A stretch of DNA of 64,000 bases from Octopus sinensis (lineage: Eukaryota), in assembly GCF_006345805.1 (NCBI RefSeq), contig NC_043006.1, positions 6,076,001 to 6,140,000 of the forward strand, given 5' to 3'. Under the pieces are notes generated by a model, which did not search any database, was not told the origin of the DNA, and was given only the letters and a program-made list of their open reading frames with translations. Both the position numbers and the translations under genes were made by a program. Shown piece after piece: positions 11,901 to 24,560 of the stretch. How positions within the stretch are numbered: position 1 is the first letter of the stretch; each line of letters opens with the position of its first letter.

Positions 11901-14900
11901 GGGAGATATAGAGGTACATAAGGGGCTATAGTCAGGGGGCATTGAGAATGATATCAGATAAGAGAGGTGTTAAGAATGGGGTATAGCAAAGGGGTGGCTG
12001 AAGACTCAGAAAGGAGGCAATTGATAGAATTGTTGTGGGCAGGGATGATAATGAGGAATGGTTGTGATTTGGGGTCCAATATGTATACCAATTATGAAAA
12101 TGTACTTCCTAATTATATCAATGTATATGATTACAAAATGTATCTTTTCCAGTATGGCTACCTACTTGATTAGTTATTTTAATTATAGAGATAATTGAAA
12201 CTTTCAGTTTTTCGAGTTAAAATTTTTTTTTTTTATTTCAAATTTTCACTTTTGAAAAATTAATAGGGTTTTTAAAACTAAAGGAATGACTTCCAACCAC
12301 AAAGTCTTAAGGTGATTAACCTCTCTGTCTCTTTGAACAGGTGAACTTAATGAAACTGGACAACAATTGCTCGTGGCGCATGGAGGTGTTGGAGGTAGTG
12401 TGAATAATAAATTTCTTGGCCAACAAGGTGAAATAAGGACTTTGAAACTTGTCATGAAGCTAATTGCCGATGTTGGATTCGTTGGGTAACAATCTTCTCC
12501 AAATTATCTATTATTTTTTTACTTGTTTCAGTCAATTGACTGCGGCCATGCTGGAGCACCACCTTGAAGAGTTTTAGTCAAACAAATCGAGCCCAGGACT
12601 TATTTTTTAAAGCCTAGTACTTAATTTATTGGACTCTTTTTACCAAACTGCTAAGTCAAGGGAATGTAAACACCCCAACAGCAGTTGTCTAGCAGTGGCA
12701 GGGGTAAAACACAGACATAAAGACATACACAGACATATATATGTATGCAACAAGCTTCTTTCAGTTTCCATCTACCAAATCCACTCAGTCAGCCCAAGGC
12801 TGTAGCAGAAGACTCTTACCCAAGGTGACATGCAGTGAGACTGAACCCAGAACCATGTGTTTGGGATGCAAGCTTCTTACCACACAGCTACACCTGCACC
12901 TATAATGTTTGTTTGTTTTTTTCACTGATCACAAAATTATATTGCTAAACTACTGACCATAAATCCAAACCTATCTACTGCTGTTGTAGAGTACCTATTT
13001 CTTTACTACCCACAAGGGGCTAAACACTGAGGGGACAAACAGATTAAGTCGATTATATCGACCCCAGTGCGAAGCTGATACTTATTTAATCGACCCTGAA
13101 AAGATGAAAGGCAAAGTCGACCTCGGCAGAATTTGAACTCAGAACGTAGCAGCAGACGAAATACCGCTAAGCATTTCAGCCGGCGTGCTAATGTTTCTGA
13201 CAGCTCACCTACAGTACCTATAGGCAAATTATTCCTTTGTGAGTCACAATATGACTAACAAGTAATACTTATGCTTCGTGATGGTTAACTATAGTAAGAA
13301 CTGTATCGGTAATTGCTTGACATTTGTAAAAATGATCTTGTGGCCAAGTGTCTTCCACTATAATCCCAAGCCAACCGAGCCTTGTGAGTGAATATGGTAG
13401 ATGGGAAGTGTGTGTTTACATTTGCAGTCTATGAAAATTGCTCACTACAGTTTTGTCACTTCTATCAACAAATCATCTCTCAATTTTTGCCTCCAAACAT
13501 ATTTGAAATAGATGATTCCTTACTTGGGAAATAGCAACAGGAAGAGTATCTAACTGTAAAAACAATGCCTCGATATTACATACATCGAATCTATGCTAGA
13601 ATGAGAAAAACAGATAAAATGTTAACAATCTTGTCCATTTTTTTGTTTGATGAAATGCCTGTGTGTATTGTCGACAGTGGCAGTGGATTTATCTCTTATC
13701 TGTGAAATTGATTTCTTCTTTGCTGAATGCTTCCTTTATGGTGATGGTATTGATGACTCTGTAGACCAATTCTGGGATAAAAGAGCCAATAGCATTGACT
13801 GCATGGTAATATCTGTGGAGGACGGGGTTAATTTTGTCAAGCCTTTCTCTCCTGTCATTCGATTTTTTTCTTTTTCTGTTCTGGTGACTTTGAAGTTTTT
13901 GGTTCCAATAGTGATGGAACACCACCACTTAGTATGGTGTCAGACTTATGTTTCAAATATATGTAAAGATATAATTGAAGTTCTATATAAACTGGCTTCC
14001 ATGCTGGTGGCTTGTAAAAAGCACCATTCGAGTGTGATTGTTACCTGCGTCGCCTTATTGGCACTTGTGCTGGTGGCACGTGAAAACCATTCGAGTGAGG
14101 TCATTGCTAGTGCTGCTGGACTGGCTCCTGTGCAGGTGGCACATAAAAAGCACCATTTGAGTGTGGCCATTGCCAGTACCGCCTGACTGGCCTTCGTGCC
14201 AGTGGCACGTAAAAGCACCCTCTACACTCTCGGAGTGGTTGGTGTTAGGAAGGGCATCCAACTGTAGAAACACTGCCAGATCAAGATTGGAGCCTGGTGC
14301 AGCCATCTGGTTTGTCAGACCTCAGTCAAATCATCCAACCCATGCTAGCATGAAAAGCGGACATTAAACAATGATGATGATGATAAAAGTTGCCATATTT
14401 TTTATATCTCGGTATGGATAAAAGTTTAAGAAGTCTATATTTTAGTGAAGACACCTAATAAGACCAAGCTATGTCCATAGCTGTCACTTTACGTACTAAC
14501 AAAAATAATATTTCCTTGCGGAGCATTGAAATTAAATTACTATTTTTATTAATGAATTAATCATCATACAATGAGGAATCTTACCTAAGTTTTCTCCATG
14601 CTTTGGTCGAGGGTTGAAATTGCTCATTTATGTTGTACATGTTGGATGTATCAAAGAAAGCCAAGTGACAGAGTTTCCCCTATTTTCTTTTGTTTTAGTT
14701 TTCCAAATGCAGGGAAGTCAACTCTTCTTCGAGCTCTCTCCAAAGCTAAGCCAACTGTTGCTCCATTACCATGTAAGTATTTAAAATAGAAGCAGAAGAG
14801 CATAAGCTTCACATGTAGTCGATGCTTTGTGTTCAACATCTGTTCCATTAAACTGAACTTTAAATGTATAATTACATAATTCATCATCATCATCATCATC

Positions 14901-17900
14901 GTTTAACGTCCGTTTTCCGCGCTAGCACAGGTTGGACGGTAATAATTGTGATACATAATTAATTTTGTTTTGAAATCGCATCTGTTAAGCTAATTAGCAT
15001 ACTATGTTGAAAGTAAAAATTACTAAAATCATTGCTAATAAAGAAATATAAATTTAATTCTCAGGGTTTCAAAGGGATGTGTTGCTTGGGAAGGAAGCCT
15101 GGGAAATGTATATATTGAGATTATAATAGAATGAAACAGGGGTCATAGCTACAATCTGTACATCTTGGGTAGAAGTGGTATACTTTGAACAAGTTTAAAA
15201 GAGCTGTAACCTCTGCAGTAACCATTGCAAAATTATATTGTAAGTGTGTTGTAGACAAAAGTGTGGTTGAAGGCCAATCTTAGAGAGTCTTTTAGTTATG
15301 CAGTCCAGAATATTTTTATGTATGTAGCAGATGTATGGCTCAGTGGTTATCTTTTTTAAGTCAACAATTTCATATTCATTAAATTGAACTGAAAAGAAAA
15401 CAATCAATTTTTAAAAATTTAAAAACTGAAATTTAAAATGCAAATTTGATTTGAAATTCAGTATAAAAGCTGAAATTCAACTTTGATTTTATAAAACATC
15501 TTGAGTTTCATTAATTTGGATTTTAATTTTAGATTTTCTACTTTCTTGCTTTTGGTTTATGAATCCATCTCTGTCTTTTTCAATTTTGATTTTAAACTAA
15601 AACAAAAAAAAATTGTATCAGAATTCCTGTCCCAGCTTTTCAAAGCAGAGAAATTGGATTTAATTTCCATGTCTTATACTTTACAGTTACTACCCTTCGC
15701 CCAGAGATTGGCATGATTGAGTTCTCAGATCACAGACAGGTAAGTTTCACTCATTAAATTATACATCATCCTCAGTCTTCCCTATTTACCTGCAGGCAAA
15801 GTTGGACACATTTGTCAGTTATTTGTCATGTAATACTCAAGAGGAAACCCCCTACAATTTTTGTTTTGGGAATGGCTTGTTTATTTTGGATGTGGGCTGT
15901 AGAGTGCTGCTGATACATGTTTGTATGGTTGGATGCCCTTCTTATCACTAACCACTTCTAAGCTTGAATTTCATGCATTTTCATCGTGTGTTTTGGCCCT
16001 GGGGTCTATTTGCTGGAACTAAAGTGTCTCCTCTATCCAGTTGCTGTCTTTCTTCTAGTTTCTACTCTCCTAATTGGGTTGCTAGAGCCCTGTGCCAGTG
16101 CCACTTAAAAAGCATCCGTACTGGTGCCATGTGAAAGACACTCAAGCCAGCACCAGGTAAAAATCACCCGTGCTGGCACCATGTAAAGGCACCTGTGCTG
16201 GTGCTATGTTAAAACCACCCAGCACCCTCTGTAAAGTGGTTGACATTAGGAAGAGCATCCAGCTGTAGAAACCAAACCAAATCCAATTGGAACCTGATCC
16301 AACACTCCTGCTTGCCAGCTCTGGTCAAACTGTCCAACCCATGCCAGCATGGAAAACAGACGTTAAAGAATGTTGATGATGATGACCTTCAGAATCCACA
16401 TCACTAAAATGAAAAAATTATGAAAGTAGCCATTAAAATGATACAATACCTATTTCTTTACTACCCACAAGGGGTTAAACACAGAAAGGACAGACAAATG
16501 GATTAAGTCGATTATATCGACCCCAGTGCGTAACTGGTACTTAATTTATCGACCCCGAAAGGATGAAAGGCAAAGTCGACCTCGGCGGAATTTGAACTCA
16601 GAACGTAACGGCAGACAAAATACGGCATGCATTTTGCCCGGCATGCTAACGTTTTTGCCAGCTCGCAGAATACCTGTGAGATTGCCACTGATTAAATCAT
16701 GCATAAACTCTAAGCCAGGTAATATTACATGCAGTCAGCAGTACATGCAGCAGTGAAGATACTTACACACTACAATTATCTAAATGCATCACACCACTGC
16801 CAAGTGGAGAAATTATTACAAAACCTTTTTATTATCAATGATAAATTCAAGAATCAGAAATAATTCTTGCACAAAATAGTTCCATCTTCTGATGAAAATG
16901 GCACAGACAAATTGTTACGGCAAGTGTTGTTGTGAACTGGGCTCATATATGTTGGCTTAACAATTTAGCTAAGAATATATTTTTTCTTTTTTTCTATTGG
17001 TTTGGTCTAGAGGAATGGACAGTGTCTGTCATCATCATCATCATCATTTAACGTCCGCTTTCCATGCTAGCATGGGTTGAACGATTTGACTGAGGTCTGG
17101 CAAACCAGACTCCAATCTGATCTGGCAGAGTTTCTACAGCTGGATGCCCTTCCTAACGCCAACCACTCCAAGAGTGTAGTGGGTGCTTTTACGTGCCACC
17201 GGCACGAGGGCCAGTTTGGTGGTACTAGCAATGGCCATGCCCAAATGGAGTGTTTAATGTGCCATTGGCACGAAGGCCAGCTTGTTGCTCTGGCAACGAT
17301 CCCCCTTGTATGGTACTCTTAGCGCTCCACTAGCAACGGATGCCTGTCACTGAGTTTGATTTCGACTTCAATTTCACTTGCCTCAACTGGTCTTCGCAAG
17401 CAGAGTTTAGTGTCCAATGCAGAAAAGGCACACATAAGTGGACTGGTTACACCCCAAGCATAGGCAACAAGGTTATGGTCACACTCGCGCTTGCCAAGAC
17501 TTCCGCAGCACAGCATATTTCCAGAGGTCCCGGTCACTAGTCATTGCCTCGGTGAGGCCCAATGTTTGAAGGTCATGCTTCACTGCAAATTCTCTTTGAT
17601 GTTATTTAATCAGCAGATTCAACACACTGGTGTAAGTGAATGAATCCATCCATCTGGTGTCCTAGAAAATAGAAATGTTACATGTTCTACGAATAGTGGA
17701 ATGCTTCTATTAACCACCAGGTGCTTCTTAAACTAAATTTGGTCAAGATCATTTATTTCAGTTCCATACAATTTCTCTTGTTACTATTGAACAGATAAAA
17801 CTTGCTGATTTACCTGGGCTAATTGAAGGAGCCCATTTAAACCTTGGCATGGGGCACAAGTTTCTCCGACACGTTGAAAGAACCAAATTGTTGCTGTTCG

Positions 17901-20675
17901 TTGTTGATGTTCGTGGCTTCCGACTACAAATGGAGAAAGAAGAAAGATCTGCTTTTGAAACCATTTTACTTCTGAATAAGGTTGGTTCATAAAACTTGTT
18001 CATTGTTTTCTGTTTTACAACCAAAAACCAGCAGAATTATATTTTTTTAATTCCCGAACAACTTTCTTTCTTTTTAATTGTAGGAGTTAGAACTTTATCA
18101 GCCAGATTTAATTAGAAAACCTGCAATTCTTGTTTTGAATAAAGTGGAAAATGAAAGAGATAAACAAATAGCAGAAGAAGTCTTAGACTTGGTACAACAG
18201 CGTCCAGGTAAGAGAAATACAAGAAATTGAAAAACTGAATATATGTATTTGTACTTGTTTAGTGCAGCTATTCTGAAAGTTGACTAATTATTCAAAATAC
18301 CAGAAATCTGTTGAATGAAAAATGACTGACTGTAACAGAAAAAAATACGAGCATTAAAAGTGAGTCGAAATTGAATTAAAACTGGAAATCAAGAGTTAAA
18401 ATTATGCTGCAAGAGATAAAAATGAAAATTAGAAATTTATACAAGGGTGAATGTATCATCGTTAAGCGTCCGCTTTCCATGCTAGCATGGGTTGGACGGT
18501 TCAACTGGGGTCTGGGAAGCCAGAAGGCTGCACCAGGCTCCAGTCTGATCTGGCAATGTTTCTACGGCTGGATGCCATTCCTAACGCCAACCACTCCGTG
18601 AGTGTAGTGGGTGCTTTTTATGTGCCACCGGCACAGGTGCCAGACGAGTCTGGCAAACAGCCACAATCGGATAGTGCTTTTTATGTGCCACCGGCACGGG
18701 GGCCAGGCGAGGCTGGCAATGGCCACAAACAGATGGTGCTTTTTACATGCCACCGGCATGTCGTGGCGATAAAAAAAAAACAATTAAATGAACTAATTAC
18801 AAGGGAGAGAAGTTAATGTTCTCCCTTTGTTTCCTCCTCTCTGTCTTCTTTTTAGCTCCTGTGTGTTCCTCTTCTATTTCCATCCCTGACTGCAACTCAC
18901 CCTCCTTTATATTAAGCTTTTTCTTATTCATTTTTTTTGTGGTATTCATCTGCCCTTGTATAAATTTTACATTTTATCATTTACAACCTATTTATCTTTT
19001 ACTCCTGATTTCCAAACGGCCTTTTTCGTTCACTCTGGCACATAAAAAGCACCAATCGATCGTGGCCGCTGCCAGCCTCCCCTGGTACATGTGCCGGTGG
19101 CACGTAAAAAGCACCCACTACACTCATGGAGTGGTTGGCATTAGGAAGGGCATCCAGCTGTAGAAACACTGCCAGATCAGACTGGAGCCTGGTGCAGCTT
19201 CCCAGACCCCGGTCAGACCATCCAACCCATGCTAGCATGGAAAATGGACATTAAATGATGATGATGATGATGATGATAGCTATTTATATTATTCAGTTTT
19301 TAATTCTCTGTTTATGTTTTTCCATTATGGTCAGTCGTTTTTCATCCAACAGTTTTCTGTTATTTTGAATAGTTATAATGCTTTGTCTCATCAGCTTTAA
19401 CTGTTTATTCAATGAGTTACTAAATGATAATTTATTTCTTTATTGCCCACAAGGGGCTAAACATAGAGGGGACAAACAAGGACAGACAAACGGATTAAGT
19501 CGATTACATCGACCCAGTACATAACTGGTACTTATTTAATCGACCCTGAAAGGATGAAAGGAAAAATTGACCTTGGCGGAATTTGAACTCAGAACTCAGA
19601 GCATTTCGCCCAGCATCCTAACGACTCTGCCAGCTCACCACTATTTATAAGTACTTATAAACCATAGTACTGTTCTAAATGCACACAACTGATGGAAGGT
19701 CAACTACATGAAACTCTGAGTAACAGTTTATAAAATCTTTTCAGCCTAATAAAACACACATATATATATATAGGTGCAGACATGGCTGTGTGGTAAGAAG
19801 CTTGTTTCCCAACCGTATGGTTCTAGGTTCAGTCCCACTACCTGGCACTTTGGACAAGTGTCTTCTACTATAGCCTTGTGCCAATCAAAGCCTGGTGAGT
19901 GGATTTGGCAGACAGAAACTGAAAGAAGCCCATCATATATATATATATATATATATATAGTTGACAAGTTAAAAAATAATTGAGATTCAGTTGAATTGGG
20001 TACTTAAATTGAGGCACCAAGCTTCATTATTTAATGTCCTTTGTTTATGCTGGCATTACATGGTGCATAATGTGTGTGTGCACATGCATATATATCTATG
20101 TGTGTGTGTCTGTGTTTTTCCCCCACCACCTCTTGATAACCATTGTTGGTGTGTTTATATCCCTGTGACATAGCAGTTTGGCAAAGAAAACCAATAGAAT
20201 AAGTACCAGACTTTAAAAAAATAAGTCCTAGGCTCAATTTGTTTGACTAAAACCCTTCAAGGCGGTGCCCCAGCATGGCTGCAGTCAAATGACTGAAACA
20301 AGTAAAAGATAAAGATATATATATGTGTGTGTGTGGTGTGTGTACAGAGACAGACAGACAGGCAGAAATTTGTTGTTCTTCATAAGTTGTGATACCTTTT
20401 TTTGTATTTCCATTGCAGAATCTTTAGCAAATATGGAAAAGTATATGTTACCAAATGAGAATGTTACATTCGATCATGTGATGACAATCTCAGCAAAGAA
20501 GAGAATTGCCACTGAAGAATTAAAGCTTAAAATACGAGAATTTCTTGATATTTATAATGAACAAATTCTGATCAAAGAAAAACAAGAAACTATGGAGATA
20601 TTTGATGATGTAGTAAAATTCCAAAAGACTATACAGACTCACACTACTGAAAATAAATTGAGAAAATTAGTTTAA
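5972..20675 (+). CDS. GTPBP10: GTP-binding protein 10 (mitochondrial Obg-family GTPase), complete, 9 coding exons, 394 aa
   Basis: Exons 5972-6025, 8192-8391, 10340-10431, 12341-12485, 14699-14772, 15687-15739, 17795-17980, 18084-18207 and 20419-20675 are all GT-AG with consistent phases (1185 nt in total). The protein has the Obg Gly-rich N-terminus ([29 protein letters not shown]), G1 GFPNAGKS, G2 FTT, G3 [18 protein letters not shown]4 NKVE and G5 ISA. Confidence 0.95.
6090..6281. mobile_element. Small non-autonomous TIR element (MITE)
   Basis: Termini GGTACTACT.../...AGTAGTACC with long internal inverted arms; AAGAAGAAAAATT is duplicated at 6077-6089 and 6282-6294. Confidence 0.8.
8469..9569 (+). 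mobile_element. Internally deleted Tc1/mariner-superfamily transposon (DD41D-like) with nested SINE at about 9023-9395
   Basis: About 110-bp TIRs CAGGGTGGACCAAAATGATCCGACAC..., TA on the right flank, and a transposase remnant [10 protein letters not shown]...WPARS(P)[17 protein letters not shown]. Confidence 0.9.
12525..12902 (-). mobile_element. tRNA-derived SINE family B (also 9023-9395 + and 19772-20310 +)
   Basis: Shared GTGGCTGTGTGGTAAG head, GTGGATTTGGTAGATGGAAACTGAAAGAAGC body and GGTGCTCCAGCATGGC...GACTGAAACAAGTAAAA tail. Confidence 0.8.
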
Positions 20676-20781
20676 TTTATTTTGTATAATTAGTATAATT
20701 ATTTTGTAACTTTTTCTTTTGTAAAAAAAAAATTAATGAAAATATAAAAAGAATAAAAATATTTTTGAACAATGTTTTAAA

Positions 20782-21126
20782 ATTTTGGAGATGTACTTGC
20801 ATAGCGAGTGACCTGATCTGAGATCGTGTGCTGGAACGAAAACAATTGCAGTGTGGAAGGTGTTTATAAGCCATTTAAGAAACACACAAAAACCGTTAGA
20901 TTCACTTCAACATTTAAATTTAATTTGTCAAAATATTTTCGTCGCTTTAAGACCGCGACCTGTTCACTGACAAAGATGCAGCACGAAGTTTTGTCATTGA
21001 ACAGGTCGCGGTCTCAAAGCGACGAAAATATTTTGACAAATTAAATTTAAATGTTGAAGTGAATCTAACGGTTTTTTGTGTTTTTCTTAAATGGCTTATA
21101 AACACCTTCCACGCTGCAATTGTTTT
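20782..21126. mobile_element. Penelope-like pseudo-LTR fragment with inverted duplication and two hammerhead folds
   Basis: Arms 20839-20974 and 20990-21126 are inverted copies, each ending in a hammerhead-like fold (see findings). The family assignment is inferred from this architecture. Confidence 0.6.
20924..20974 (-). ncRNA. Minimal hammerhead ribozyme fold, G3-C8 core variant
   Basis: UUUGUCA-GUGAACA-G-GUCGC-(9 nt)-GCGAC-GAA-AAUAUU-U-UGACAAA: stems I and II pair perfectly and stem III is palindromic. Confidence 0.6.
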
Positions 21127-24100
21127 AATATTTTATTTTATTTATAAGTTATTTGTAATAATAGTTTTGTCATTAAACAGAACAGAGCAAGGACTACAAT
21201 TCTTTAAATAATAATAATAGTATTTTATGAGTTTAAAGTTTATAGTGATCACTGCGCAATGACTAAAGAAAATAGTCTAATAAAGGGACATATAGGCCCT
21301 CGACAGGAAAAAGTACATTTTTCATATGTATGGGACTCAAACCTACACCTCTTTGTTTACACAACTAAGTGTGCTACCGATTACACCAGGGAACCTACTT
21401 GCTTTTTCCTGTCAGATTTAAGATCTACAATTAGTTCGTTGTTTTTGTAAACAAACTTTTCATGTGCTTTTACTGTGAATGGTTTTGTTAAGCAGTGTCA
21501 ATTTTTACCATTCTGTAAGTAGAGCAAGGACTTTACAGCACTATCTGTGTTTCATTCTAGAAAGTTCCAGTTGTTTTAATGATTCTAAGATGAGTCAAAG
21601 ATTAAAGATCATTAACAAGTAAAGTAATTAATCAAGATAATTTACTTCCTTCTGACAATTTCTGAGACCAAACAAAAATTTCCTGAGGAGGAATTTAATT
21701 ATTTAGATGTTTTTAGATGTCTGTAAACCTTGCCTTAACATGCTATGTAGAGACATGGGATTGTTTATTTTGACAATTAAATGTTATTCTTTAGAATAAT
21801 GTTCTTGATTTCATGTAGCAAGTCACAAGATCCTGTTCTCCTAGGAGAGGTGTAATGGTCGTTTAAATCAATCCCAGTATATTACTGGTATTTATTTTAA
21901 GTCTAGAGAGATGATCAGCCTAGATATGACTCAGTATCATCTCTGCCCACAATCAAATGAATATCACTATTCAGCTTTCACAGAGATTACTTTAGTTATT
22001 TTATGCTACTCATCATCATCATCGTTTAACGTCCGTTTTTATGCTAGCACAGGTTGGACAGTTCAACCGGGGTCTGGGAAGCCAGGAGGCTGCACCAGGC
22101 TCCAGTCTGATCTGGCAGTATTTCAACAGCTGGATGCCCTTCCTAACGCCAACCACTCCGTGAGTGTAGTGGGTGCTTTTTACGTGCCACCGGCACAGAA
22201 GCCAGTCTAGGCGGCGCTGGCATCGGCCAAATACCAATAATATACTAAAGCCAATTTTATCTAGATTGGGTTTTTTTTCTTTTTTGCTTACCTAAGTTGA
22301 ATGAGTCTACTGTACAGTATGTCTCCTCTCTAGTTGTCTGTCTTTTGTAACTTCACCTGTAAGACTAAACATCCTGAAGTCTATTCACATCACCTCTTCC
22401 CATCTTGAGCATCTTAGACTGTCATTACATGACACATGATATCCCTTCACAACATAATATATCCATACAAGTCTAGTCATCACTTCTGCATACACCAGTT
22501 GATACCTTTAAAATCCAGCTGCCCTTTCCACCTCTCGTGATGTTTTCTATAATTTATATAAGTTCCTATTACTCAACGAATCGTGTCATCTTTTTACAGT
22601 TTTCACAGATTGATATTCAATGCCCAAGTCTCACCTTTTGGAGAAAGAGAGAAATTATTGTTGCTAGTTGCAGTGTAACTTTGATCTCAGTCTTCTGATC
22701 AAAGTCACTCTAGCCATGACCCTCCTGAAATTTTAGGAGTATCTAGAACTACTTTATCTAATGTGTGTCATTCACTTTTTTAAGATGACGGTGTCTGGTT
22801 TGGGGGACATTTAGCCCTTTAGCATTCAAATTGCTGTATTAAATGTATCATCATCATCATCATCATCATCATTTAACATCCATTTTACATGCTGGCATGG
22901 GTTGGACAGTTTGATAAGAGCTGGCCATCCAAGAAGATAATGCTGATTTATTCACATTGTTATAAACTAATCATACATTACCTTGTAGCTTTGAGATATC
23001 AATGATGTGATTGTTTATTTTGTAGGGTATAAGTAGGAGGCTGGATCTGGCCAGTTTGATGATAAAACAAGTAGATTATTTTGGCCAGTTTAAAGCTAAA
23101 GACTTAGTTTCTATTTCTAGCAAGTGAAGCAACTTCATAATGGCTTATCGACTTTAGTGCCAATATAATAACTCCAAGCTTCTTTCACCCCATTCTTACC
23201 CAAATAAACCTAAATTAAACATTAAGAAATAACAAGCCCTCTGGGCAGTTTATGGACTTCATTTCCTAAGTGCTGCTCTTACTATTAGGTTTCTGCTCAT
23301 CCATCACATTTGATATCCTGTCTCTCTGGTAATTTGTACTCCTTTGGCCTGAGTAAATAGTATTGAGTTCAGTCATCACTGAAATTATCACACAATCATG
23401 ACAGATCATTTATTAATAAAGAAATCATTATCATGATTATTATTATTAAGATGTGAGCTGACAGAAAATGCTTTGTAGTGTTTGTTCAAATCCTACAACG
23501 GTCAGCTTTGCCTTTCATCCTTTCAGGGTGAATAAAGTAAGTCACAGTTCAGCAGTGGAGCCAATGTAATCAACTAGCTCCTACCCACAAATTTCCAGGC
23601 CTTGTGCCAATAGTAAAAATTATTATTATTATTATTATCATTATGATACCAATAAAAATTCAAATACTTTATAAGAAGAAAAGTTGTGCATTATAATAAT
23701 GTTTATTTAATTTTTCTTTACTTCAAACTGTGTCCAATTGCCATTGTCTTAAGAGTTATTTAACCTTGGAATCTTATTTCACAAATATAAATCTGATGTT
23801 GGAACTTAATAAAATCATTAAATGAGATTATACTCTAAAGCTATAAAGGAAAAAAATTAACACCAAGAAGAAGATTAGATGACTGCTAATTAGTAATCAG
23901 TAGGGAAGCTGTAAAATATTCACATCAATAATTTTCATGAATTGTCATGTTTACTTTACTGTCCAGCAGATGTTGTAGTAATAGTGGCTCTTGAGATATA
24001 ATAGCAGACTCATGCATTATCATCATTACCATTTTATATCTTTCTTCCATGCTGGCATGGGTGGATGGTTTGACCAGATCCAACAGGTCTGAGGATTGCA

Positions 24101-24291
24101 GCACACTCCAATGTCTGCTTTGGCATGGTCTCTACAGTTGGATAAAATTCCTCGTGCCAACCACTTTACAGTATACTGGGTGCTTTTTTTCATGGCATCA
24201 GCACTTGTGAAATTGTCATGTGGTTCACAAAACTAAGATCCCCTTTGACTCAGTGGGGTTACAACAAAGAAGGGGCCAGTTTTATTCATCA

Positions 24292-24560
24292 TCTATTATA
24301 TAAAATTTGTTCTGTCTGTCTGTGTGGTGTGTGTGTCTTCTAGGATCTTGGGCATCCTCCATCCGATTGTGCTCAAATTTGATATATAGATACCAACGGT
24401 ATCAGGGCGTGTATAAGTTGAAAATATTACAAAAATCGATTCCAGGTGAGAATGCGATCGATAAAGCCGTGGGAACGTGCTTTTCTTCCGCCAACCTGTA
24501 CATAACTGCACCTTCCATTTTTTGTTGTTTTTGTACTGCTTAAAGGCACGTTTCTTTCCT
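24292..24560 (+). mobile_element. Helitron-like non-autonomous element 5' end (similar ends near 33670-34085 -, 54030-54475 -, 63904-64000 +)
   Basis: TC...TATATAAAA start followed by a (GT/CT) microsatellite and a CCGATT...AAATTT motif typical of Helitron 5' regions. No Rep/Hel ORF is present. Confidence 0.5.

Noticed and set aside
13647-14186. 179-aa ORF in GTPBP10 intron 4, and the 234-aa ORF at 57048-57752
   Set aside because: Both are chimeric read-throughs of repeat fragments with no recognisable domain.
21320-21395. tRNA-like sequence on the - strand (GGTTCCCTGGTGTAATCGGTAGCAC...GGTTTGAGTCCC)
   Set aside because: The anticodon arm is oversized and there is no acceptor-stem closure; it is best read as a decayed SINE head. 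All other tRNA-like heads in the window are SINEs too.
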